Positions 38,688-49,311 of a DNA stretch of 64,000 bases are shown one piece after another (within the stretch, counting starts at the first letter, position 1; each line of letters opens with the position of its first letter). Position numbers and translations under genes: made by a program. Below the pieces are notes generated by a model. The model saw nothing but the letters and a program-made list of their open reading frames with translations, searched no databases and had not been told where the DNA came from. The DNA is from a bacterium (GTDB taxonomy: Bacteria; JAHJDO01): assembly GCA_043824255.1 (NCBI GenBank), contig JBDRTG010000047.1:192001-256000 (forward strand). The letters are read 5' to 3'.

Positions 38688-40198
38688 TATCTTAACTTGA
38701 ATTTACTTTTGCTGTTAAAAAAATACCATATAATTTTCTTAAAAGGATCTAATTGCATAAAACTGGTTCCTGTCCTCATATTTAATATCAGTTTTACACC
38801 CGGCATTAAAATTAAGGGCAATTTGTTAAAATGCTTATACAAATGTGTCCTCAATAAAAAATTAATGACCTTTTTGGGAATTAAAGGCATAATGGTAAAA
38901 AAAAGAGCAAATTTGTCAAAATTGCTGACTCTTTTTGTCTTTCTACAATAGCTGGTATAATAGACAGGGAATACACCTTGATTAATTTTTTCTTTATCGC
39001 TTTCATTTAAAACACCAGCTTCTATAGCAATATCAATAATTTCGGTCTTAGGCGAGTAAGTTAAATTATAAGTATCTATAATTTTTGGTCTAGTTTTATT
39101 ATACAACCCTATAGCTTCCTTGATGTCACTTTCCGTTTCATATGGAAAGTTAAAAATATGGTTAAAAGAAAAATTGAGGCGTGACTTTCGGCAAATTTTA
39201 GAAAAATTTATAATATCTGCATTTGATTCATATCTCTTAAGAGATGTTTTTCGAAATTTTTCAGAACCGGATTGAATCCCTACCATAACAAGCCTGCAAT
39301 TTGCTGCCTTTAACGCATAAGCTTGCCGTTCAGAAATAGTTTTCAGGTGAGTAATACATAAAAAAGGCACGTTGATTTTTCTTTGATATTCTACTAAAAA
39401 TGAATCCAGCCATTTCGTATTTATTGAAAAAACATCGTCATTAAAAATTAAGGCCTTTATTTTATATTTTTCTTTTAGAAATTCCAGTTCCGCTATAACG
39501 TTTTCGACACTTCTCTGGCGAACATATTTAACATTTGAGGAACCTGAGCAAAAAACTCTTCTTAAAGCTACACTGGCACAATATGTGCAATTAAAAGGGC
39601 ACCCTCTACTGGCAATAATAACAGGGTAACGTTTATAGAAAGAAGGCATCTTATCGTAGAAAAGGTCATAGTCCGGGAAAGGTATATCATCCAGGTTTAA
39701 ACTCAAAGGTTTTAATTCATTTTTAATTATTTTCCCGTTTTTTTTGTACCATATATTAGGCACAGTAAGCTCTTTATCCTTCTTATCTATAAGCTCTGCC
39801 AATTTTAAAATTGATTCCTCAGCTTCACCAATACAAATCATATCAACAGATTCCTCATTTATCACAATATCAGGAACTAGAGTAGGATGAGGACCCCCCA
39901 ATATTATCGGTTTATCCGGATACTTTTTTTTAAGGGCTCGGCATAAATTAAGAGCCCATTGATAATCTGAGGTCATCACCGAAAAACAAAATATATCAGT
40001 ATCTTCATTGATCTGGTTTAAAAGATCTGTCTTTTTTGTATCAAAGAGACTCGGCAAAAAAACACTTTTAAAGAATTTATTGTTAAATGGGTTAAGGTCG
40101 AAAATTAAATCAACCTTATGTCCCGCAGTTTTAAGAACCCGTGAAAGATAAGCTACGCCTGTACTAAAAGTTTCACGGTAAAAAAAAGTGGCTTTCAT
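38687..40198 (-). CDS. cobalamin-dependent radical SAM protein
   Basis: GGPHPT, GEAE, RGCPFNCTYC, DDVF, GIQSG. Confidence 0.9.
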   Translation of the reverse strand: MKATFFYRETFSTGVAYLSRVLKTAGHKVDLIFDLNPFNNKFFKSVFLPSLFDTKKTDLLNQINEDTDIFCFSVMTSDYQWALNLCRALKKKYPDKPIILGGPHPTLVPDIVINEESVDMICIGEAEESILKLAELIDKKDKELTVPNIWYKKNGKIIKNELKPLSLNLDDIPFPDYDLFYDKMPSFYKRYPVIIASRGCPFNCTYCASVALRRVFCSGSSNVKYVRQRSVENVIAELEFLKEKYKIKALIFNDDVFSINTKWLDSFLVEYQRKINVPFLCITHLKTISERQAYALKAANCRLVMVGIQSGSEKFRKTSLKRYESNADIINFSKICRKSRLNFSFNHIFNFPYETESDIKEAIGLYNKTRPKIIDTYNLTYSPKTEIIDIAIEAGVLNESDKEKINQGVFPVYYTSYCRKTKRVSNFDKFALFFTIMPLIPKKVINFLLRTHLYKHFNKLPLILMPGVKLILNMRTGTSFMQLDPFKKIIWYFFNSKSKFKLR

Positions 40199-40202
40199 TG
40201 TC

Positions 40203-40817
40203 TTATTTCAATTTTACTATTGCGTAGTTATAAGTTAAAAATTTATCAAAAAGGGAAATGTTTTCTACTACATCTTCAAATTTATGGCATAATTTTATTA
40301 TAAATGAATTATTAGTAAGATAAACTCTGCCCTCAAAACGGTTGAATTTTGCCTCAGGGAAAACGCTGTTGATAATCCTTTGAAATTTACTTCTGGTAAA
40401 ATGCTGATGTTCGAGCATCAAGGTCATATGAAAATAGAAAATGGGATTAAAACGATTAGCTTCGACGATTACTATTGTGCCTCCTACCGTTGTTACTCTA
40501 TTAATTTCCTTCAAAGCTTCTTCAGGCTCAGAAACATGATGCAGAGCTTCTTTGGAAAAAGTTATATCAAAATCTTCCTCTGCAAAAGGTAAGTTACAGA
40601 TATCAGCGACTTGAAATTTAACATTATCTTTTTTAATCTTTCCCCAGTTTGGATGGGCATTTATATCAACTCCTATTATTTCTTTAACACGATTCGAAAG
40701 AAGAATAGTATCACCACCTTCACCACAACCTGCATCCAACACTTTCTGTGTCTTATTTGTTTGAATGTTAATTTTTTCATGCATTCTCTTACGATAATCT
40801 AAAACAGAGCTAATCAT
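40203..40817 (-). CDS. class I SAM-dependent methyltransferase
   Basis: VLDAGCGEG, LPF, ALHHV, EANRFNP. Confidence 0.85.
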   Translation of the reverse strand: MISSVLDYRKRMHEKINIQTNKTQKVLDAGCGEGGDTILLSNRVKEIIGVDINAHPNWGKIKKDNVKFQVADICNLPFAEEDFDITFSKEALHHVSEPEEALKEINRVTTVGGTIVIVEANRFNPIFYFHMTLMLEHQHFTRSKFQRIINSVFPEAKFNRFEGRVYLTNNSFIIKLCHKFEDVVENISLFDKFLTYNYAIVKLK

Positions 40818-42048
40818 TTCTCATCTCTTTATTTAGATATCTTTTTCTTTTTCGTATTTTTTGAAGAGCATCAGCGATTACATCTGGATTGTGAAGCATT
40901 GAATTAGTCAACGCACAAGGATATGTGCACCAGCATGAAGACAATTGTCTCCGCTGTTTTTCTGCTGCTTCTGATTTCCAACACTTTAATAAATTGTAGT
41001 CATAATTCTTAAGATGTGCGTAGGGTTTGACAACTTCGCATAAAGAGGTCTGCCCGTCCGCGAATACAGTGGCAGTATTCCTAGGAAATAGACATGTTAC
41101 AACAGCATGCTTTTCACGAACTATACGAAGATGATACTCTCGAACCAATGAGCGCCATATTATCAACCCATTTGGCAAGCCCCATTCCAGTTCAAAATTC
41201 TGAATATCATTTAGAAGACGTTCACATGTTTTCATATCAGGTAATAGATCTTCTTCCCCTCCAGCATCCAGCAAAAGTGATTTATCAAGTCCTCCCACAT
41301 CCCTACTATCCTGCCGAACAAAAGTAAACACGAATTCACATGTTAAACTTTTTCTAATCATTTTGTAGAAATCCATAAACGTAGAAGCATTATCTCTTTG
41401 GATAACAGAATTTACAATGGGTATTAAACGATGGTCATCATGACTTCGTTTTTCCAAAGCCTTCAATGTTGACATGGCTTTATGAAAGCCGCCGGGGAAC
41501 CTGCGAATGGAATCATGAACATTTGGAATGCCATCAAGAGAAATTGGTATGCGAAGCTGGAAATTTCTCTTGGATTCTAGTATATAGTCAATAGCATAAA
41601 GTAATCGCTCTCGTAGTAACCCATTGGATGTGATTATAAGAGTCTGAATTTTACCCATATCAATAAAATAGCGAGCAATTTGCGGCAAGTCTCCACGAGT
41701 GGTAGGTTCTCCACCACATAGCAAAACTGTCTGAACTTGTCCCTTAAGGGAAAGACATATTTTTTCAATATCATGTAAGCTAATTAGCTGAACTGGGCGA
41801 TTCAATTCAGAAGCATAAAAACAATGACGGCATTTCTGATTGCATATATTGGTAATAAAGAAGAAAATGGTTTCGGGTGAAGTTATTTTGTCTAGTTTCT
41901 GTAATTTAGCATACACATAACTCTTGGCAAGAAAACGGTTAACAGAATAAGGGAGTAAACTTAATAGTCCTATTACTTGGTCTCGTCGGCGTTCCGTTGA
42001 AAATTTCATTACAAACTTGTCCATTAAAATCCCGATTTTTTCTAACAT
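40810..42048 (-). CDS. radical SAM protein with SPASM/twitch-type C-terminus
   Basis: CNQKCRHC, GGEP, SNG, SLDG...HDSIR, C-terminal C...C...CWC-x-x-x-C. Confidence 0.85.
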   Translation of the reverse strand: MLEKIGILMDKFVMKFSTERRRDQVIGLLSLLPYSVNRFLAKSYVYAKLQKLDKITSPETIFFFITNICNQKCRHCFYASELNRPVQLISLHDIEKICLSLKGQVQTVLLCGGEPTTRGDLPQIARYFIDMGKIQTLIITSNGLLRERLLYAIDYILESKRNFQLRIPISLDGIPNVHDSIRRFPGGFHKAMSTLKALEKRSHDDHRLIPIVNSVIQRDNASTFMDFYKMIRKSLTCEFVFTFVRQDSRDVGGLDKSLLLDAGGEEDLLPDMKTCERLLNDIQNFELEWGLPNGLIIWRSLVREYHLRIVREKHAVVTCLFPRNTATVFADGQTSLCEVVKPYAHLKNYDYNLLKCWKSEAAEKQRRQLSSCWCTYPCALTNSMLHNPDVIADALQKIRKRKRYLNKEMRND

Positions 42049-43040
42049 TAATTTTTCTCGCTATCTTTGCATACTCCTGGTAGATTTAATAAAAAGGATT
42101 GTCGTTCATGACGACACTGGATGATGGCAGATAAGTGATATAATAGAAAATAAACAGCCATAATCTTGCCACAGAGTTTTCTTGAAAAATCTATAATCTT
42201 CTGACTCTTTGTTAATTTTTGCAGAGGCTCATCACAAGAGTAGGTTTTTCTTTTATGGAGCAGTTCGAAGAATGACGATATATTATAGTTTATGAAGAGA
42301 TATAATAAGGTATTCTTGATACTCATAAATTCATGAAAAATCGAAGGCAAACAGGGTGGAGCTGGATGAATACCTGCGCATTGATAACTACCTATACATC
42401 GATAGCCAGCAGCGCGAATCTTAAATCCTAAATCATTATCGTCGTGAAGATACTCTATATAATCCGTGAAACCATTAATAAGAAAAAAAATATTCCGCGG
42501 GATAAAAATACAGGCGGTATTAACATAGTCGTCATCTATGGCTCTATATTGATGTAAATTGTAGCGGTGATCGGTGTAACTGATACGTCCAATTACGAAA
42601 GATGAGTAACTATTTTTAGAATACAAGACTCCACCAATACAGCCAATATCAAGATTATTCTTTAACTTCCTCATAGCATATAAGGCACATTCTGAATCAA
42701 TTTCTACAATATCCGAATCAATGAACCATAGGAATTCACCATTTGCTACACAAGCACCCTCATTACGTGCAAATGCCGCCCCTATATTCCGGCTGAGATA
42801 TACTATTTTGAAATTATGCTTAAGCGAGACAGTTTGTACAATTGCATCGATACCTTTAGCATTATCGCTTACAATAATGATCTGAAGTTTTTCGTAACTT
42901 TGGTTGTCAACAGAGAGTAGTGCCTTTGGCAAAGTTGAAAGTTTTGCAGAATATACAGGGATGATGGCAGATATCATACCTGTTTCTACAGTTGATGTAT
43001 TTTTTGAAAAATCGTGTACTTGCTTTTTTATGTAGTACAT
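42048..43040 (-). CDS. GT2 family glycosyltransferase
   Basis: ISAIIPVY, GAAFARNEG, FIDSD, HDDNDLG. Confidence 0.85.
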   Translation of the reverse strand: MYYIKKQVHDFSKNTSTVETGMISAIIPVYSAKLSTLPKALLSVDNQSYEKLQIIIVSDNAKGIDAIVQTVSLKHNFKIVYLSRNIGAAFARNEGACVANGEFLWFIDSDIVEIDSECALYAMRKLKNNLDIGCIGGVLYSKNSYSSFVIGRISYTDHRYNLHQYRAIDDDYVNTACIFIPRNIFFLINGFTDYIEYLHDDNDLGFKIRAAGYRCIGSYQCAGIHPAPPCLPSIFHEFMSIKNTLLYLFINYNISSFFELLHKRKTYSCDEPLQKLTKSQKIIDFSRKLCGKIMAVYFLLYHLSAIIQCRHERQSFLLNLPGVCKDSEKN

Positions 43041-43078
43041 TTTCTACTACTATTTCCGATTATTTTACATTTAATATC

Positions 43079-44233
43079 TTAAGAAATCCTTTTGAAAGCA
43101 TGGTCATAAATTTTCTTCCAACTCAATTTTGATGCAAATTCTAAAGCATTTCTTCTACATCTATTATAAAAACCATCATTTTCCAAAATCTTAAGTGCTG
43201 CAGCTACTAATTGTTCTTTACTATATTCTATAGCAATACCCATCTGCAATCTTTCAATTTCTTTTGCAATCCATGGGACTCTTGTTATTATCACTGGCAA
43301 TCCACAAGCCAGATATTCCTTTACCTTAGTCGGATCAGCATAATTAGTAATGCTGTCAGGATCCTCTAAATAGGAAGCTATGGCTATTCCGCCACGAGAA
43401 AGATTGTCAACAAGAAAATCCTGTTTCATGTATCCTAAAAATTTAACATTTTTGTCTAATCTACTTCTTATCACTAATTGTTTTAACTCCTCTTCGTATG
43501 GTCCTGTCCCTATAATTTCTAAGATAACATCGTTTCTATATTTTGATATGTCTGTCATAGCTTCTATGGCTAATTGGCATCCTTTATCCTTGCTTAGATA
43601 GCTTACAAAAACCAATCTATGCCGGCTTATGTTAGAATTCGAAACTCTTTTTACACCATCAAATTCAACTCCTACCGGTACCACCATATTTTTATTCTTT
43701 TTAACACCCTGTTTTTCTCTTAGTTCCGCCATTCTATATGAAATATTCCAGATATAATCTGAATGTCTCAGACAGAATCTATCCAGACAGTGATAAACAC
43801 GATTTAATATTCTATTTTTGAATCTTCGAGGAGTGTAATCAATCACATAATAAATAATCTTATGTACAACACCTATTCGTTTTAATACAATTCCGCTTAA
43901 GGTATTTATATTATCTATTCCGATAAAAAGTATTTTCCCTCTGTGCCGATCCCTGAAGACTAAAAAGACATTCAAAAGCAAATCCCCAATAAAAGAAATC
44001 AGCCTCCTTTTTGTCCTCTTAATTGTTTTTTGCCTAACCAAAGTCCCATTATCAAAATTTTCCATTAAGCTATCGGTTATTAAACACTTTCTTAAGGGAT
44101 GTGTTATATACTGAAAATTATACTTCCCATTCTCTAAATATTTTCTTAAAGCCTGGACCGGTCCGTATATTTCCGTAATATGGGCAGCAACAACAACATT
44201 AACTTCATCCATTTTTAAGATATTATCTACCAT
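43079..44233 (-). CDS. GT4 family glycosyltransferase
   Basis: KG, IIGTGP, DPTKVKEYLACGLPVI. Confidence 0.85.
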   Translation of the reverse strand: MVDNILKMDEVNVVVAAHITEIYGPVQALRKYLENGKYNFQYITHPLRKCLITDSLMENFDNGTLVRQKTIKRTKRRLISFIGDLLLNVFLVFRDRHRGKILFIGIDNINTLSGIVLKRIGVVHKIIYYVIDYTPRRFKNRILNRVYHCLDRFCLRHSDYIWNISYRMAELREKQGVKKNKNMVVPVGVEFDGVKRVSNSNISRHRLVFVSYLSKDKGCQLAIEAMTDISKYRNDVILEIIGTGPYEEELKQLVIRSRLDKNVKFLGYMKQDFLVDNLSRGGIAIASYLEDPDSITNYADPTKVKEYLACGLPVIITRVPWIAKEIERLQMGIAIEYSKEQLVAAALKILENDGFYNRCRRNALEFASKLSWKKIYDHAFKRIS

Positions 44234-45264
44234 TTACTTCTATCAAACATTTTCGGCTTAACTCTCCCTCTCACAATGCATGTAGCATAAACCCATAGAG
44301 TTATCCAGCAAGCTAATGGATGAAAAAGCCATGCTTTATCTTTGACTTTACAATAACCTCTCAACATTTCTATTACTAATGGAAAAACAGTACAGGTATA
44401 TATTACAAATTTAAACAATCCCTTCTTATTGGTTTTTTCCCAGGGATAAACCCGTAAACCAGTTTTTTTATAAAATAAATAATCCATTATTCTTCTCTTT
44501 TGCTTCTTTTTAAATGTTTTTATGCTATTAGCAAACAGATGCACAATCCCCACTTTTACTTTAGCAAATTTTCTGTGCCCATTTTTTGTAATTTGATAGA
44601 CTACATCTAAATCAAAAAGATAGGGCTCGTAATCTGTTTCCATTAAATACTTTTTCTTTACCAAAAACCCATTTGCTCCAATCGTAGGAATGTTTTTCTC
44701 GTCCAGCTCTAAAATAATATATTCCCCCATATCTTTTGAGACTATTTTTAGTCCTGTCCATTTCCCCGTTAAGTAACAATATCTATCATAGTTACCTAGA
44801 TAAAGGCAAAGCGGATCATTCATACCCAAGAGAGCAAAATAACGGGTCAATAATGTATCCTTTTTTCTGTACGAATAATAGAGAGGTTCTGAAGCCACAA
44901 TGTCGGAATCGTCAAAAGGAGCCACCATCTTCTTCAGCCAATTCTGTCCTTCCAGAATATTATCGCTGTCGATAAGAGCAATTATTTCATTATTTGAATG
45001 TTTAACACCTACTGATTTTCCAGCTTCGCATGTTTTTTGCTTATTCTCAAATATTTTAACTCTAAGACCTGGATTTCCTGTTCTGAAATTTTCAATAATT
45101 TGAAGTGTTTCATCTGTTGAGCCGCCATCTGCAATGATAATTTCCAGATTTTCACGCGGATAGTCCTGAGAAGCTACTGAACACAGGCAATCATCCAATG
45201 TCCTTTCTGCATTCAAAGTAGGAATAATTATGCTTATACTTGGAAATTCGTTAGTTGTACTCAT
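44227..45264 (-). CDS. GT2 family glycosyltransferase with C-terminal TM segments
   Basis: SIIIPTLN, ADGGSTD, IDSD, GANGF. Confidence 0.9.
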   Translation of the reverse strand: MSTTNEFPSISIIIPTLNAERTLDDCLCSVASQDYPRENLEIIIADGGSTDETLQIIENFRTGNPGLRVKIFENKQKTCEAGKSVGVKHSNNEIIALIDSDNILEGQNWLKKMVAPFDDSDIVASEPLYYSYRKKDTLLTRYFALLGMNDPLCLYLGNYDRYCYLTGKWTGLKIVSKDMGEYIILELDEKNIPTIGANGFLVKKKYLMETDYEPYLFDLDVVYQITKNGHRKFAKVKVGIVHLFANSIKTFKKKQKRRIMDYLFYKKTGLRVYPWEKTNKKGLFKFVIYTCTVFPLVIEMLRGYCKVKDKAWLFHPLACWITLWVYATCIVRGRVKPKMFDRSKW

Positions 45265-47078
45265 CTTTTAGATAATATCATATCTGCATCTAAGTATAAA
45301 ATCTCATACACATCTGTTTTGCCAAAGAATTTATCAAAACAAACGTTTGGAGACATATATTGTTCTTTGTAATGCCTATTCTTTCTCTGATTAAAAGACT
45401 TAATCAGTTTTAAACCAAGTTTTTCTTCATCAATAATCGGCATAGGAATATTGTACTCTTTCTCATAATCTTTGTATAAGTCCCTATGAACAATTACATA
45501 TTTTACACCCCATTTTCTAAGCTGTTGAACGGTTTGGGGATTATCAATATGGAGAAGTTTTTCTAAACGATATCTATCTCCTCCATTAACCAGCTTTTGC
45601 TTATGCACCCTCTGCCAGAAGAAATAGCCATAGTGTGGTGTTCTTCCGGCAAGCATCGGATATTCAGCAATAGCAGAGTTAAACTCACCTTCCTGTTTTG
45701 CCAGCCATGTATATAGTTTCGGCGGCGTTGAATCAAAATAATGAAACGGCGGAATGTTTATGTATTCAACTCCTATTAAGACAAAAATTACACCTGCAAA
45801 AATAATTTTTAATTTTAAATTTTTAATTTTAAATTTTTCTAATAAGAATTTTATTCCAATTCCTGAAAGCACACTCAACGATATCATCATTACAACAACC
45901 ATTCTTGAGTAATACCTGAACATCGGAAACAGCTTATGCAGGAAATACGACGGCATTGGAAGCTTAAACGGAGCACTGTTCAACTTTAATGCGCCAATAG
46001 GTATCCATGGAGGAGAGGACATAATCCCAAAGGCAAAGAAAACTACCACGAAAAATGGCACAACGAAAGACAATTTTGAGTTTTGAGTTTTGAGTTTTGA
46101 GTTTTTCCTTCTTCGCCAGAAACATACTGCAATAATAGAGAGAATCAGCGGGGTATATCCAAGATAAAGTGTATGGTCTATCATACTGCCAAAATCAGGG
46201 GACATAAATGGTTTGGAGATATTTTTAAGGATAGGATTTGTTCTTGGAGGGAGCAGAAAATCTTTTGGTCTTGCAGAAGAGAACCTCAATCCTTCCAATG
46301 GGCGAATGTAAACAGCCTGAGTTTCCCTGCTCTTGCTTTTTGAAAAAATTGCCTTAATTACTTTGTGCTCAAATGAAACAACAATAATCAATGCAGAGAA
46401 AAAGGCTATGCCAGCTAATTTCAGTATTTTGAATTTGTCTTTCTTTATTACTTGCCCAAGATTTTTGATGTGTTTTAACAGTAGAAAAACAATAAATATC
46501 GCAGTAAATAAAAGCATGTAATAGCCATAGTAAGGATTGGAGAAAACAACCAACGCATAAAAAACTCCGCATAAAACTGCGTTCCTATAGCTTCTTTCAA
46601 ATATCAATTTCAACAAAAATAATATATACAGCGGCATCCACTGGATTGCAGCCATATGTATGTGGTTAAATGACTGCATACAGATATGAGGGCAAAAACC
46701 ATAGATGAGACCTGAAATTAAAGCTGATATTTTGTTTTTTGTCAGGTATTTTACAAGAAGATACATGAAAATGGCAGAGAGGATAAAATTTGAGACAGAG
46801 AGCATGTTCCATGTAACTATTTCATTTGTTAGGAGTGTCAATATACCTGTTATTTGCTCAAAGATCGGATAAGAATAGGGGGAAACGCCTTCTCCGAAGG
46901 GAAAAGCAATATGGGGTCTTAATCCCGGGTCAAGGTTATGAAGAATTGCAAACTTATGGTGCCAGAGACCGGCTAGCGTTGCCAGTGTATCATCAGGATA
47001 ACCGTAAATATACTTATTGATATTAAGAATAACAGGCCATGTCATAAGTAAAGTTAATATAGCAAATATCAATATCAT
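45261..47078 (-). CDS. GT-C-fold polytopic membrane glycosyltransferase-like protein (paralog of 16400..18247)
   Basis: Same motifs as 16400..18247; long near-identical DNA stretches (45907-45965 equals 17025-17083). Confidence 0.7.
   Translation of the reverse strand: MILIFAILTLLMTWPVILNINKYIYGYPDDTLATLAGLWHHKFAILHNLDPGLRPHIAFPFGEGVSPYSYPIFEQITGILTLLTNEIVTWNMLSVSNFILSAIFMYLLVKYLTKNKISALISGLIYGFCPHICMQSFNHIHMAAIQWMPLYILFLLKLIFERSYRNAVLCGVFYALVVFSNPYYGYYMLLFTAIFIVFLLLKHIKNLGQVIKKDKFKILKLAGIAFFSALIIVVSFEHKVIKAIFSKSKSRETQAVYIRPLEGLRFSSARPKDFLLPPRTNPILKNISKPFMSPDFGSMIDHTLYLGYTPLILSIIAVCFWRRRKNSKLKTQNSKLSFVVPFFVVVFFAFGIMSSPPWIPIGALKLNSAPFKLPMPSYFLHKLFPMFRYYSRMVVVMMISLSVLSGIGIKFLLEKFKIKNLKLKIIFAGVIFVLIGVEYINIPPFHYFDSTPPKLYTWLAKQEGEFNSAIAEYPMLAGRTPHYGYFFWQRVHKQKLVNGGDRYRLEKLLHIDNPQTVQQLRKWGVKYVIVHRDLYKDYEKEYNIPMPIIDEEKLGLKLIKSFNQRKNRHYKEQYMSPNVCFDKFFGKTDVYEILYLDADMILSKR
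46074..46101. repeat. (TTTTGAG)4 heptamer tandem repeat inside the CDS
   Basis: Four exact copies; encodes KNSKLKTQNSKL. Confidence 0.9.
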
Positions 47079-48085
47079 GTCTTATCAGCATCCTGTCTTC
47101 TTGCGCGAATTATCTTGATAATTAATATAACAGCCAGAAGAGTATAGGCAACATTACCCAGTTTATCAGCAAATGGTTCTTTATCACACATTATGAATAT
47201 TGGCATTAGAATAAAAGATGCCAGAAACGAAGCACTGCATATCCAGTAAAGATAAACAGCTATCTTATATTTGGTTATGAAATTTCTTGTATAATGCCAT
47301 ATATCTTTTCTCATTGGCAGAAACGTTATCAAGACAAATAACATTATATAACTAAGAATGGAAAAAGTAATATAATATGATGTTACTATATTAAACGAAA
47401 CTATAAGAAGACCAAATAATGTATATCCTGTAAAAAAACTATTTTTCAAGTAACTCTTAAGTATTTGCAGGGGGAATTTCGTTCTCTCTTTTTTTATTAG
47501 CGTTTTAGAAACATTACCCATAAGAATAATTAATCCAATGAATAATATTGAGATTAGCAGTCTTTTGAGTAATATTCCCTTACCTGTATCGTAGGAAATA
47601 CGCATATTTAATAACCCTCTACTATATCCAAGAACAGTTTTGAATTTGATATATTTTATTTTTAGAGGACAATCTTTATACAAATCCTGTGACAATAAAT
47701 TTTCAGGCAAAAATTCAATATAGTTTTTATTGCTAATTACATCCTTGGGAACTAAGCTGAAGATAAGAGTCTCATCTCCCTTTTTTAATTTTCCCATCTC
47801 TTTTGCATTAGATGACACTGTATAATTATCTTTTGCAGGAGCTGGCAAGATAATCTCAACCTTATATTCATTGTTTTTAGGAATAACGAAGGATGTTCTG
47901 AATATAGTTTTATTGGATAATACATCTTTTATTGCAAAAATCTCTTTTTTGCCTTCACCATAAAATTTAAAACGATAAGAAGGGCGTATGTCACTTTGTA
48001 CACAAATCATTGAGAAGACAAATAGTTGAAGAATAATTACCAGTGGAATAGAGATGAATGTTTTTCGCTTAACAATATCTAACAT
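47075..48085 (-). CDS. membrane protein of unknown function (distant relative of 18244..19338 and 58443..59435)
   Basis: Same topology; C-terminal ADKLGNVAYTLLAV motif; ATGA-coupled to the GT-C gene. Confidence 0.65.
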   Translation of the reverse strand: MLDIVKRKTFISIPLVIILQLFVFSMICVQSDIRPSYRFKFYGEGKKEIFAIKDVLSNKTIFRTSFVIPKNNEYKVEIILPAPAKDNYTVSSNAKEMGKLKKGDETLIFSLVPKDVISNKNYIEFLPENLLSQDLYKDCPLKIKYIKFKTVLGYSRGLLNMRISYDTGKGILLKRLLISILFIGLIILMGNVSKTLIKKERTKFPLQILKSYLKNSFFTGYTLFGLLIVSFNIVTSYYITFSILSYIMLFVLITFLPMRKDIWHYTRNFITKYKIAVYLYWICSASFLASFILMPIFIMCDKEPFADKLGNVAYTLLAVILIIKIIRARRQDADKT

Positions 48086-48092
48086 ATTTCAA

Positions 48093-49301
48093 TTATCTTT
48101 TGCATAAGCTAGTTATTTTTTTAAACATTTTTCCCATCTGAGGAACGATTTGTTCAACAGAAAAATTTTCTTTTATCCTCTTGTAGGCATTTCCCCTCAT
48201 TTTTAAAAATGATTCTTGATCATTTTTCCACATATAAAAAAACTCAAGCACTGAATCTTTGAAGGCTTGAATATCCCCTAATGCTACCAATTTACCCGTA
48301 ATGCCATTTTCAATAATATCACTTGGTCCTGGTATATCAAAAGAGACTACAGGAATACCTCTACTGTGAGATTCAAGTGCTATGTAAGATACAGTTTCCC
48401 ATCTGGATAAAATAATGGCTAAATCAATATCTTTATATAGTTCATTTGTGTTATCAACAAACCCCATGAATTTTATATTACTATACTCTTGTGAAAGTTT
48501 TTCGGGAATTGCGTCCATGTCTCCATTGCCAGCTATTATAAATTCCGTATTTTCAAACTCTGTATTTTTAGCTAAGCTCTTGATTAAATCTCTCAAATAA
48601 TCAACACCTTTTTGTTCAGTCAATCTGCCTGCAAAGAGTATCTGGAACCTGTCCGAAGATCTTTTTGCAGGTATTTTAAATTCATTCCCGCTAACAATGT
48701 ATGGGATATAGTGAACTTTGGATTTTCCCACTTTATATTTCACGGATATAGAATCGACATAAGATGAATTAGGAACATGAATCGCTCCACTCAGTTGCAA
48801 CAACTTTTTGTATATTCGGCTAAAGTACAGCATGTTATGAATCCTGCTATGAATTGAATCTGCTTTTTGAAGAAAAATTGCTGTGTGAACGCCAATGACA
48901 ACTTTCCTGAAATTTTCCCTTCCTATAAGAATATATAGATACAAAAGGTCCATGAACTCATTTTTACAGTAGATTATTTCTGCCTCAATTAGCTTTCTAA
49001 TTATCTGTTTTCTATAATCTGAACACGGGATATGAAACTTCAAGGAGAGATTATTAATCCTTGCTTTTCCGCAGTTTCTTTCTAACTTCAACATATTTTT
49101 TGTTTCATGCCTGTTCTTAAGCCCTAAAACCGCATACAAAATATTTTCAAATCTTGGACGCACTCTGACATATAAAAAGCTATTGCATATTATACTAACC
49201 TCATGCCAATTCTCAGCCAGAGCGTTAGCCATAGCTGCAATCTGCTTTTCACACCCGCCTTCAAAATCCAGCCTGTTTAAATCAAAAAAAACTATTTTCA
49301 T
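48093..49301 (-). CDS. GT4 family glycosyltransferase
   Basis: GGCE, FAGRLTEQKG, ETVSYIALES-x-x-GIPVV. Confidence 0.9.
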   Translation of the reverse strand: MKIVFFDLNRLDFEGGCEKQIAAMANALAENWHEVSIICNSFLYVRVRPRFENILYAVLGLKNRHETKNMLKLERNCGKARINNLSLKFHIPCSDYRKQIIRKLIEAEIIYCKNEFMDLLYLYILIGRENFRKVVIGVHTAIFLQKADSIHSRIHNMLYFSRIYKKLLQLSGAIHVPNSSYVDSISVKYKVGKSKVHYIPYIVSGNEFKIPAKRSSDRFQILFAGRLTEQKGVDYLRDLIKSLAKNTEFENTEFIIAGNGDMDAIPEKLSQEYSNIKFMGFVDNTNELYKDIDLAIILSRWETVSYIALESHSRGIPVVSFDIPGPSDIIENGITGKLVALGDIQAFKDSVLEFFYMWKNDQESFLKMRGNAYKRIKENFSVEQIVPQMGKMFKKITSLCKR

Positions 49302-49311
49302 CCTTTACATT

